This document shows positions 63,939 through 64,000 of a DNA stretch of 64,000 bases, one piece after another. Made by a program: the position numbers and the translations under genes. The notes beneath the pieces were generated by a model that ran no database searches, was not told where the DNA came from, and saw nothing but the letters and a program-made list of their open reading frames with translations. This DNA is from Nymphaea colorata (lineage: Eukaryota). The stretch lies in the NCBI RefSeq assembly GCF_008831285.2, contig NC_045138.2, positions 23,188,001 to 23,252,000 on the forward strand, in the 5' to 3' direction. Each line of letters starts with the position of its first letter. The stretch's first letter is position 1.

Positions 63939-64000
63939 GTATGAATAAGAGAAATAGACAATGGGATTAGATGCATTTAGAGATTTGTTCTATATGTAAC

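Larger units (their letters stand above)
54282..64000 (+). repeat. Segmental duplication unit B (paralogous to 13318 onward), running past the window end
   Basis: Begins tgagaagtatcttgcaacgagtttaagaaacttctcaagcaag immediately after the truncated LTR. Colinear with unit A apart from copy-specific indels. Confidence 0.9.

Overview
AT-rich, repeat-dense plant nuclear DNA. It holds two tandem, same-strand, intron-containing lipoxygenase genes of the 9-LOX type. Copy 1 is complete (9 exons, 15373-25884). Copy 2 starts at 58243 and runs off the window after exon 8. The two copies sit in a duplicated block whose homology starts at about 13318 and 54282. Between them is a ~25 kb nest of LTR retrotransposons: a non-coding Ogre/Tat-like element on the minus strand, with a Gypsy-type element inserted at nearly the same spot in each of its LTRs. 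Upstream of LOX copy 2, but not copy 1, are a gene-sized, apparently unedited mitochondrial sdh3 insertion (NUMT), a 1.4 kb hAT element with a perfect 8-bp TSD, and a tandemly doubled W-box/TGACG promoter module. The rest is a Copia RNase H remnant, many MITEs, CACTA ends, SINE-like pieces and microsatellites. I see no clearly new multi-gene system. The best leads are the sdh3 transfer with its empty paralogous site, active-site substitutions in LOX copy 2, the hairpin at the duplication junction and the shared retrotransposon insertion spot. All alignments were done by eye.
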